In this document: positions 7,602 to 14,869 of the stretch, in pieces
Layout of the letters: every line of letters starts with the position of its first letter
Position numbering within the stretch: position 1 is the stretch's first letter
Assembly (NCBI GenBank): GCA_035762745.1
Contig: DASTNM010000133.1
Location: 1 to 20,900 of the forward strand
Reading direction: 5' to 3'
DNA from: Candidatus Polarisedimenticolia bacterium
Lineage (GTDB): Bacteria; Acidobacteriota; Polarisedimenticolia; Gp22-AA2
Length of the DNA: 20,900 nucleotides
Translations under genes and position numbers: made by a program
The notes under the pieces: generated by a model
Seen by the model: only the letters and a program-made list of their open reading frames with translations
What the model was told of the DNA's origin: nothing
Database searches by the model: none

Positions 7602-8123
7602 ATGGCGAGCCTGCTCTCGAAAATCTGGCGCACGGGAATCGTGACCGAGCCTCTGGCGGGCGGCTCGGACGAAGCGTGCGTCCTGGCGCGCGCCATCGCG
7701 GAGAAGACGCGCCGGTTGATCGGGCGGGCCCTCGCCATCCGCGAGGTGGACGCCGGGTCGTGCAACGGCTGCGAGATCGAGATCACCGGCCTCCCGACAC
7801 CTCTTTACGATTGCGAGCGCTTCGGCATCCATTTCGTCGCCTCGCCGCGCCACGCCGACATGCTGCTGGTCACGGGACCGGTGACCCGCAACATGGAGGT
7901 GCCGCTGCGCAAGACCTGGGAGGCGACCCCCGACCCGAAGCTGGTGGTCGCGGTCGGTGACTGTGCCCGCACCTGCGGCGTCTTCCGGGGCGGTTACGCC
8001 ATCGCCGGCAGCGTCGACGCGGTGATCCCGGTCGACCTCTTCATCCCCGGCTGCCCCCCCGAGCCGGCCGACATCCTGCGCGGCATCCTCGAGGCGCTCG
8101 ATCGACTTCCTGGGAGAGACTGA
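7602..8123 (+). CDS. NuoB-like small subunit of a group-4-hydrogenase/complex-I-like membrane module (HycG/HyfI/EchC-like; 'EhrS'), retaining the [4Fe-4S] ligands.
   Basis: 'SCNGCEIE', 'ERFGIHFVASPRHADMLLVTGPVT', 'PDPKLVVAVGDCARTCG' and 'IPVDLFIPGCPP' are colinear with E. coli HycG as I recall it. The start is ATG 7602 ('MASLLSKIW…'); the track's 7485 start adds an unconserved 39-aa Ala/Arg-rich leader. Stop TGA 8121-8123. Confidence 0.85.
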   Translation: MASLLSKIWRTGIVTEPLAGGSDEACVLARAIAEKTRRLIGRALAIREVDAGSCNGCEIEITGLPTPLYDCERFGIHFVASPRHADMLLVTGPVTRNMEVPLRKTWEATPDPKLVVAVGDCARTCGVFRGGYAIAGSVDAVIPVDLFIPGCPPEPADILRGILEALDRLPGRD

Positions 8124-8138
8124 GCCGCCGGGCGCGCG

Positions 8139-10184
8139 ATGATCGGCCTCCTCCCGATGATCACCACGTATCTCGCCGGCAGCGCGGCGGCGATCGCCCT
8201 GCCGGGTGACCGGGGCCGCCGTGTCGCCCAGGCGCTGGCGGGGGCCGGCGCGCTCCTCGGCCTCGCGACCGCTCTCTCCGTGATCGGCTCCGGGAAGGCG
8301 GCGGTCTTCGACCTCCCCTCGTCCGTTCCGGCGCTCGGGCTCGCCTTCCGTCTCGACGCGCTCGGCGCTTTCTTTCTCGCCCTGATCGGTCTCGTGGCGG
8401 TGCCGGCGGCGATTTACGCCGACGCCTACACGAAGGAGGAGGCGCCGCCCTCCGGCACACCCGGGAAGGCGGCGCCGCGCTCCGGACGGCTGGCGGGGGC
8501 GACGCTGAACCTCTTCCTTCTGGCGATGAGTCTGGTGGTGAGCGCCGCCAACGTCCTGGCCTTCCTGTTCGCGTGGGAGGCGATGTCGCTGGCCTCCTAC
8601 CTCCTGGTCGTGGGTGACGGGGAGAAGGCCGAGAGCGTTTCCGCCGGTCGCTGGTACGCCGGCATGGCGCACGCCGGCTTCGGGCTGATCGCGGCGGCCT
8701 TCTTCCTGCTCGCCGCCCGCGCCGGCGGGGATGGTTTCGAGACGATCCGCTCGCTGTCGTCGTCTCCGGGGCCCGCCCTCCGCAACGTCGTCTTCCTCCT
8801 GGCGCTGCTGGGGTTCGGATCGAAGGCCGGGATCGTGCCGCTGCACGTCTGGCTGCCGCGGGCCCACCCGGCGGCGCCGAGCCACGTCTCCGCCCTGATG
8901 TCGGGGGCGATGCTCCCGATCGGCGTCTATGGCCTGCTCCGCGTCGGTCTCGACCTGCTCGGCGGCGGCCCGCCGTGGTGGGGCGGTGTCGTCCTGGCGC
9001 TCGGGGCGGTCTCGGCGCTCAAGGGGGTCCTCTACGCCCTGACCGAGCAGGACCTCAAGCGCCTCCTCGCGTACAGCAGCATCGAGAACCTCGGCATCGT
9101 CTTCATGGGGATCGGGATCGGCTTCGTGTTCCACGGCCACGGCCGGGCCGACCTGGCCGCCGTGGCGCTGGCCGCCGGCCTCTACCATGCCCTGAACCAC
9201 GCCGCCTTCAAGGGATTGCTCTTCCTCGGGTCCGGGGCCGTGCTCAAGGCGACCGGCACGCGCAACCTGGAGGAGATGGGTGGCCTCATCAAGAGGATGC
9301 CGCAGACCGCCGCCTGCTTCCTCGTCGGCGCCGCGGCGATCGCGGCTCTGCCGCCGCTCAACGGCTTTGCCAGCGAGTGGCTGCTCCTGCAGGTGTTCAT
9401 GGCGGGGGCCTCGCTTCCGGAAGGGCTCACGGCCGCCCTGATGGCGCTGGCGGTCGGCACGCTGGCGCTCGCCGGCGGTCTGGCGGCCGCCTGCTTCGTC
9501 AAGGCGTTCGGCATTCCGTTCCTGGCGCTGCCCCGCTCGCGAGCCGCCGAAGAGGCGCGCGAGGTGGCCGGCTCGATGCGCTTCGCCATGATCGCCCTCG
9601 CCGCCGCCTGCGCCCTGCTCGGCCTGGCGCCGTCGGTCGTGATGTCGTTCCTGGCACGCGTCCTGGGCGGGATGCCCGGGGTGGACGCCGGCGGGGCGCT
9701 CTTCCGCCCGGGGTCCGTCCTCGAGGCGCCGCAGGGATCGTCGCGCATCGCGCCGCCGCTCCTGGCTCTCTGCCTGATCGTCGTCATCGCGGCGCTCGTG
9801 GTGGGCCTCCGGCTTCTCGGCGTGCGGGGTAGAACGCGGCTGGTGGAGACCTGGGGCTGCGGGCGGACGGTGCAGACGTCGCGCATGGAGATCACCAGCA
9901 TGGCGTTCGCCGAGCCGCTGCGGCGCGTCTTCGCCGGTCTCTACCGGCCGACCAAGGACCTGACGATCGGCTTCCACCCCGAGTCGAAGTATTTCGTCCG
10001 CTCGATCACCTACAGGAGCCGCATCCGCTCCTGGTTCGAGGAGGACCTGTACCGCTCGTTCTACGATCTCCTCCGGCCGCTGGCCGCCTCCGGCCGGCTG
10101 ATCCAGTCGGGCTCGGTGCACCTCTACCTGGCCTACATCGTCGCGGCGCTTCTGATCTTCCTGCTTCTCGGGCGGTGGCTCTGA
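8139..10184 (+). CDS. HyfB/HycC-like (NuoL/MrpA-type) antiporter-like membrane subunit, 681 aa ('EhrA').
   Basis: Polytopic protein with the proton-pumping-subunit signature 'WLPRAHPAAPSHVSALMSGAML' (cf. WLPDAH.EAP.PVSALIHAATMV). Its length matches HyfB (~670 aa). Confidence 0.85.
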   Translation: MIGLLPMITTYLAGSAAAIALPGDRGRRVAQALAGAGALLGLATALSVIGSGKAAVFDLPSSVPALGLAFRLDALGAFFLALIGLVAVPAAIYADAYTKEEAPPSGTPGKAAPRSGRLAGATLNLFLLAMSLVVSAANVLAFLFAWEAMSLASYLLVVGDGEKAESVSAGRWYAGMAHAGFGLIAAAFFLLAARAGGDGFETIRSLSSSPGPALRNVVFLLALLGFGSKAGIVPLHVWLPRAHPAAPSHVSALMSGAMLPIGVYGLLRVGLDLLGGGPPWWGGVVLALGAVSALKGVLYALTEQDLKRLLAYSSIENLGIVFMGIGIGFVFHGHGRADLAAVALAAGLYHALNHAAFKGLLFLGSGAVLKATGTRNLEEMGGLIKRMPQTAACFLVGAAAIAALPPLNGFASEWLLLQVFMAGASLPEGLTAALMALAVGTLALAGGLAAACFVKAFGIPFLALPRSRAAEEAREVAGSMRFAMIALAAACALLGLAPSVVMSFLARVLGGMPGVDAGGALFRPGSVLEAPQGSSRIAPPLLALCLIVVIAALVVGLRLLGVRGRTRLVETWGCGRTVQTSRMEITSMAFAEPLRRVFAGLYRPTKDLTIGFHPESKYFVRSITYRSRIRSWFEEDLYRSFYDLLRPLAASGRLIQSGSVHLYLAYIVAALLIFLLLGRWL

Positions 10185-11125
10185 TGGTCTCGTTCCTGGT
10201 GGAGCCGTTGCAGGTCGCGCTGACGCTCCTTCTGGCCCCGGGTCTCGTGGGGCTCGTGCGCCTGCTCAAGGCACGGCTGCAAGGCCGGCGCGGTGCCCCC
10301 GTCCGGCAGCCCTACCGTGAGCTGGTCAAGCTCTTCGGCAAAGAGCGGGTTGTCTCCAGGAACGCTTCCTGGATCTTCCACGCGACGCCATTCGTGGTGC
10401 TCGGCACCACCCTCGTCGTGGCCCTCCTGGTGCCGCTCCTGGCGGCCCCCCTGCCGCTCGACGGAGTCGGCGACCTCGTGGTGGTGGCCTACCTGCTGCT
10501 CCTCGGGACGTTCTTCCTGGCGCTGGCGGGGCTCGACCCCGGCTCGGCGTTCGGCGGCATGGGAGCGAGCCGTGAGATGACGATCGCGGCGCTGGCGGAG
10601 CCGACCCTGGCCCTGGCGATCTTCGCGCTGGCGGTCGGGGCCGGCTCGACCAACCTCGGTCGGATCGTGGCCCGCACCCTCTCCGACCCGGTCGAGACGC
10701 TCGGCCCGGGCCACGTGATGGCCTTCGCCGCCCTGGCGATCGTCATGATCGCGGAGTGCGGGCGGCTGCCGGTCGACAACCCGGCCACGCATCTCGAGCT
10801 GACGATGATTCACGAGGCGATGCTGCTCGAGTATTCCGGCCCCCACCTGGCGCTCCTGGAGTGGGCGGGGCACATGAAGTTCTTTCTCTTCCTGGCGCTG
10901 ATCTCGAACCTGGCGTTCCCGTGGGGCGTCGCCGTCCGGCCGGGTCCCGTCGCCCTGGCGATCGCCGTCCTGGCCCTGGCGGTGAAGGTCGTCCTGCTGG
11001 CGGTGGGGCTCGCGTTCCTGGAGACCCAGGTCGCCAAGCTGCGGCTGTTCCGGGTGCCGGAGCTTCTGGCGGTGTCGTTCCTCCTGGCGCTCCTGGCGGT
11101 GACCACCTCCTTCCTGGTGAGGTAG
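10184..11125 (+). CDS. HyfC/HycD-like (NuoH-type) membrane subunit ('EhrB').
   Basis: 'RQPYRELVKLFGKE' and 'GASREMTIAALAEP' are NuoH/HycD signatures. There are about 8 TM segments and the protein is ~314 aa. ATG 10184 overlaps the upstream stop (TGATG); GTG 10175 is an alternative start. Confidence 0.85.
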   Translation: MVSFLVEPLQVALTLLLAPGLVGLVRLLKARLQGRRGAPVRQPYRELVKLFGKERVVSRNASWIFHATPFVVLGTTLVVALLVPLLAAPLPLDGVGDLVVVAYLLLLGTFFLALAGLDPGSAFGGMGASREMTIAALAEPTLALAIFALAVGAGSTNLGRIVARTLSDPVETLGPGHVMAFAALAIVMIAECGRLPVDNPATHLELTMIHEAMLLEYSGPHLALLEWAGHMKFFLFLALISNLAFPWGVAVRPGPVALAIAVLALAVKVVLLAVGLAFLETQVAKLRLFRVPELLAVSFLLALLAVTTSFLVR

Positions 11126-11128
11126 CGC

Positions 11129-11788
11129 ATGAGCGCCGATCTCTACACACGCCTCGCCACCCTGGCCTCGAGCCTGGTGCTCCTGAGCGGGATCGCCATC
11201 CTCTGGCGGCACAGCCTGCAGGCTTACATCGCCTCGTTCGCGCGCCAGTCGCTCCTCTTCGTCATGGCGATCCTGATCGTCGCCGTGGGCGAGAAGGATC
11301 CGAGGCTTTACGGGATGGCGCTGATGGTCTTCGCGCTCAAGGTAGTCTTCATCCCGAGGGTCCTGCGCCGGGTGCAGCGGCACGTCGGCGCCGAGATGGA
11401 GATCCATCCCTACGTCAACACGCCGGTCAGCCTGGCGCTCGCCGGCGTCCTGACGCTCCTTGCCTACGCCGTCGCCCAGCCGGTGGTCGCCCTGAGCGAG
11501 GCTCCGACACGCGGCGGGATCCCGCTGGCGCTCGCCGTCGTCTTCGTCGGGCTGCTCATCCTGGTCAGCCGCCGCAGCGCCTTGACTCAGATCGTCGGCT
11601 TCCTGGTGCTGGAGAACGGCATCGCGCTCCTGGCGGTCCTGGTCACCTCCGGCGTCCCGCTCATCGTCGAGCTGGGGGTCTTCCTCGACGTGCTCCTGGG
11701 ATTTCTGGTGATGCAGGTCTTCGTCTCGCGCATCCGCGAGACCTTCGACACGATCGACGTCGACCGGCTGCGGGGGCTGAGGCATTGA
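11129..11788 (+). CDS. HyfE-like small membrane subunit (hydrogenase-4 component E family; 'EhrC').
   Basis: It is 219 aa versus 216 aa for E. coli HyfE. 'SRRSALTQIVGFLVLENGIALLAVLV' matches HyfE 'SQRNILRQIFGYCLMENGSHLVLALL', and the C-terminal 'TIDVDRLRGL' matches 'TLDVNNLTALKG' (HyfE recalled from memory). The start lies 3 nt after the upstream stop. Confidence 0.8.
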   Translation: MSADLYTRLATLASSLVLLSGIAILWRHSLQAYIASFARQSLLFVMAILIVAVGEKDPRLYGMALMVFALKVVFIPRVLRRVQRHVGAEMEIHPYVNTPVSLALAGVLTLLAYAVAQPVVALSEAPTRGGIPLALAVVFVGLLILVSRRSALTQIVGFLVLENGIALLAVLVTSGVPLIVELGVFLDVLLGFLVMQVFVSRIRETFDTIDVDRLRGLRH

Positions 11789-11792
11789 GACG

Positions 11793-13262
11793 ATGATTCT
11801 TCCGATCCTGCTGGTCCTGCCGCTTCTGGCCGCCGCTATGGCATTGCTTCGGAAGCCCGACCACCCGCTCGTGGCGCGGGCCGGCGCCGCCCTGTCGGGA
11901 GTGACGTTCGCGCTGGCGCTGGTCCTGGCACGACGGTGCCTGACGCGCGGGGCCGTGGCCTTCGGACCCGGGGCGTTCCTGCGGGCCGACAGCCTGTCGG
12001 CGATCCTGACGCTGATCGTGTCGGGGGTGGCCTGTGTGTCGATCGGGTCCGGCGTCAACGCCCTGCGCCACGGCACGGGGGAGAACGGGCCGATCGACGA
12101 CGCGCTGCGGCGCCGTTATCATGTCCTCACCCACCTCTTCGTCTTCACCATGCTCCTGGCGGTCCTGGCGAACAACGTCGGCGTCATGTGGGTCGCCGTC
12201 GAGGCGACGACGATCACGACCGCGTTCCTGGTCGGTGTGCGACGGTCGAAGGCGGCGCTCGAGGCGTCCTGGAAGTACATCCTGATCGGCTCGGTCGGCA
12301 TCGCCCTGGCCTTTCTCGGCACCGTGCTCGGCTACTTCAATTTCGTGCAGCGGGTGGGGCAGACCCCCTACGCCCTGCACTGGACGGTTCTGAAAGGGGT
12401 CGCCGCCGGCCTGGACGGCGATGTGCTGCGGCTCGCCTTCGTCTTCATCCTGATCGGCTACGGCACCAAGGCGGGGCTGGCGCCGATGCACACCTGGCTT
12501 CCCGACGCCCACTCGGAGGCGCCGGCGCCGATCTCGGCGATGATGTCCGGGTCGCTCCTGGCCGTCGCCCTGTACGCCATCCTGCGCTGGAAGACGGTGG
12601 TCGACGCCTGCGTGGGGCACGCCTTCACCGACAGGATGCTCCTTCTGATCGGGACGCTCACCGTCACGGTGGCGGCCACGCTCCTGATCCGGCAGGCGAG
12701 CTACAAAAGGATGCTGGCCTACTCCAGCGTCGAGCAGATGGGGCTCGTCTGCGTCGGCCTGGCGTTCGGGCCGGCCGGGACCCTGGCGGCGCTCATGTTG
12801 ATGATCGGGCACGCGGCCGGCAAATCGATGGCCTTCCTGCTCTCGGGGAACCTGCTGGCCGCCTACGGCTCGACCCGCATCGCCTCGGTTCGCGGGGTGC
12901 TGCGCGTCATGCCGTGGAGCGGCGGTCTCTTCATGATCGCCATCCTGGCGCTCATGGGCCTGCCGCCGTTCGGGATCTTCCTGTCGGAGATGCTTCTCGT
13001 GCGCGCCGGGTTCCTGTCCGGACACCCGTGGGCCACCGGCCTGGTCCTGGCGATGGTCGTGGTGATCTTCGTGTCGCTCCTGGCACATCTGCAGCGGCTC
13101 CCGTACGGGGAGCCGCCCCACGAGGTGCCGCGCGGCGAGCCCGACCGGTCTTCGCTTCCGCCCCTGGCCCTGAACCTGGTGGTCCTCCTGGCCCTCGGGC
13201 TGGTGGTGCCCGCTCCGCTGCTCCGGCTCCTGGGACGGGCGGTGGAGGTCGTCAGCCGATGA
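11793..13262 (+). CDS. HyfF/HyfD-like (NuoM/NuoN-type) antiporter-like membrane subunit, 489 aa ('EhrD').
   Basis: 'HTWLPDAHSEAPAPISAMMSGSLL' is the canonical NuoM/N/L motif. The protein has multiple TM helices, and its start lies 4 nt after the hyfE-like stop. Confidence 0.85.
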   Translation: MILPILLVLPLLAAAMALLRKPDHPLVARAGAALSGVTFALALVLARRCLTRGAVAFGPGAFLRADSLSAILTLIVSGVACVSIGSGVNALRHGTGENGPIDDALRRRYHVLTHLFVFTMLLAVLANNVGVMWVAVEATTITTAFLVGVRRSKAALEASWKYILIGSVGIALAFLGTVLGYFNFVQRVGQTPYALHWTVLKGVAAGLDGDVLRLAFVFILIGYGTKAGLAPMHTWLPDAHSEAPAPISAMMSGSLLAVALYAILRWKTVVDACVGHAFTDRMLLLIGTLTVTVAATLLIRQASYKRMLAYSSVEQMGLVCVGLAFGPAGTLAALMLMIGHAAGKSMAFLLSGNLLAAYGSTRIASVRGVLRVMPWSGGLFMIAILALMGLPPFGIFLSEMLLVRAGFLSGHPWATGLVLAMVVVIFVSLLAHLQRLPYGEPPHEVPRGEPDRSSLPPLALNLVVLLALGLVVPAPLLRLLGRAVEVVSR

Positions 13263-14839
13263 CTCTGCGGGAGACCCTGGCGGACCTGGGCGCGACGTCG
13301 TTCACGGAGCGGGGGCGCACCGTGCTCTGTCGTCTGCCGCGTGCCTCGGTGCGCGGCGCCGCGCGCGCGCTTCTCGGGAACTTCCCGCTCGAGCTGTCCC
13401 TGATGCTGGCCGCCGATCGGCGCTCCGACCGGGGCGCCTTCGAGGTGATCTACCTCTACGCCGATCGGCGCGACAACCGGTTTCTCGAGATCACCGTCGA
13501 GGTGCCGCCCGCGGACCCGGTCGTCCCCTCGATCGCCACCATCTGCTACCTCGCCTCGCGTCACGAGAGGGAGATCCACGACCAGTTCGGGATCACGCCC
13601 CGGGAGCATCCCGACCTGCGGCCCCTGGTGCGGCACGGCTTCTGGCCCGAGGATTACCACCCGTTGCGCAAAGACGCGATCCCGCCCGTCGACCTGCGTG
13701 ACGACGACCGCCCATTCCCGTTTCAACGGGTGGAAGGAGAGGGGATCTACGAGATCCCGGTCGGCCCCGTGCACGCCGGGATCATCGAGCCGGGTCACTT
13801 CCGCTTCAGCGTCGACGGCGAGACGATCATCGACATGAAGGCGCGCCTCTACTACACCCACAAGGGGACCGAGAAGCTGTTCGAGGGGCGCGGTCCCGAC
13901 GAGGCGATCGAGCTGGCCGAGCGGATCTCAGGCGATACGTCGATCGGCCACGCGCTGGCATTCTGCCAGGCGATCGAGGCGCTGGCCGGCGTCGAGGCGC
14001 CGCCGCGGGCGCGGCACATCCGTGTCGTTCTCCTGGAGATGGAGCGGCTCTACAACCACGTCGCCGACTTCGGCTCCATCGCCAACGACACCGGCTTCGC
14101 CGTCGCCCACGCGCACGCCTTCCGGATCCGCGAGGCGCTCTTGCGCCTGAACAAGCGGCTGACCGGCCACCGGCTGCTGCGCGGTCTTCTGGTCCCCGGG
14201 GGGGTGGTGCGCGATCTGCCGGCCGATCTCGCGGGCGATCCCGGAGACGACCTCTCGCTGCCCCGGGAGCTCGGCCGGGTGGGGGCCGATTTCGAGGCGG
14301 TCGTGGCGATCGCGCTCGACAACAGCATGCTGCGCGACCGGCTGCGGGGCGCCGGGATCCTGACCACGCGCACGGCGCTGGACCACGGTGTTCTCGGCTA
14401 TGTCGCCCGCGCCTCCGGTATCGACCGCGACGTCCGCCGGGACCACCCGTTCGCCGCCTACGACCGGCTCGCCTTCAAGGTCGCGGTCCTCGACTCGGGC
14501 GACGTCGAGGCGCGCACCCTCGTCCGCGTGGAGGAGGTGCGCCAGTCGATCGGTCTCATCCGCCAGGCGCTCGAGACGAGGCCGGCCGGCGATTTGCGCC
14601 TGCCGCTGCCGCCGCTGCCGCGCCGGGAGAGCGCCTTCGCCCTGGTGGAGGGGTGGCGCGGCGCGATCCTGCACTGGGTGCTGTCCGACGACAGGGGACG
14701 GCTCGACCGCGTCAAGGTGCAGGACCCGTCCTTCGTCAACTGGCGGCCACTCACCTTCGCCCTGCTCAAGAACATCGTCCCGGACTTTCCGCTGTGCAAC
14801 AAGAGCTTCAATCTCTCCTACTCGGGGAACGATCTGTGA
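13259..14839 (+). CDS. Fused NuoC–NuoD-like 'large subunit' (HycE/HyfG-like; 'EhrL'), 526 aa, lacking the [NiFe]-ligating cysteines.
   Basis: This is the C-terminal part of track ORF 11936..14839; its upstream part is an alternate-frame artefact over hyfF. ATG 13259 overlaps the hyfF-like stop (ATGA). The NuoC-like N-terminus has 'EREIHDQFGITPREHPDLRPLVRHGFWPEDYHPLRKD'. The NuoD/large-subunit core has 'IPVGPVHAGIIEPGHFRF'. At the L1 motif position the sequence is 'ERISGDTSIGH' (nt 13919-13951) instead of ER.CG.C…H. The C-terminus is '…DFPLCNKSFNLSYSGNDL' instead of DPCxSCxxR. Confidence 0.85.
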   Translation: MTLRETLADLGATSFTERGRTVLCRLPRASVRGAARALLGNFPLELSLMLAADRRSDRGAFEVIYLYADRRDNRFLEITVEVPPADPVVPSIATICYLASRHEREIHDQFGITPREHPDLRPLVRHGFWPEDYHPLRKDAIPPVDLRDDDRPFPFQRVEGEGIYEIPVGPVHAGIIEPGHFRFSVDGETIIDMKARLYYTHKGTEKLFEGRGPDEAIELAERISGDTSIGHALAFCQAIEALAGVEAPPRARHIRVVLLEMERLYNHVADFGSIANDTGFAVAHAHAFRIREALLRLNKRLTGHRLLRGLLVPGGVVRDLPADLAGDPGDDLSLPRELGRVGADFEAVVAIALDNSMLRDRLRGAGILTTRTALDHGVLGYVARASGIDRDVRRDHPFAAYDRLAFKVAVLDSGDVEARTLVRVEEVRQSIGLIRQALETRPAGDLRLPLPPLPRRESAFALVEGWRGAILHWVLSDDRGRLDRVKVQDPSFVNWRPLTFALLKNIVPDFPLCNKSFNLSYSGNDL

Positions 14840-14869
14840 GCCGCCGGGGAGGATGCTAGAATCCCCGCC

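Noticed and set aside
6954-10121. 1055-aa minus-strand ORF, and similar ones at 10133-12076 (-), 11661-13121 (-) and 15587-17725 (-), all encoding Arg/Asp/Glu/Gly/His-rich proteins.
   Set aside because: Each lies antisense to plus-strand genes with strong, specific homology (Hyf/Nuo-like subunits, the TPR protein). Their open frames are the expected by-product of ~70% GC with GC3-rich codons on the opposite strand. They have low-complexity composition, no RBS and no recognisable domains.
11936-13258. The upstream two-thirds of the 967-aa plus-strand ORF 11936..14839.
   Set aside because: This is a +1 frame read-through across the hyfF-like gene. The genuine protein begins at ATG 13259 (ATGA overlap with the hyfF stop), where NuoC-like homology starts.
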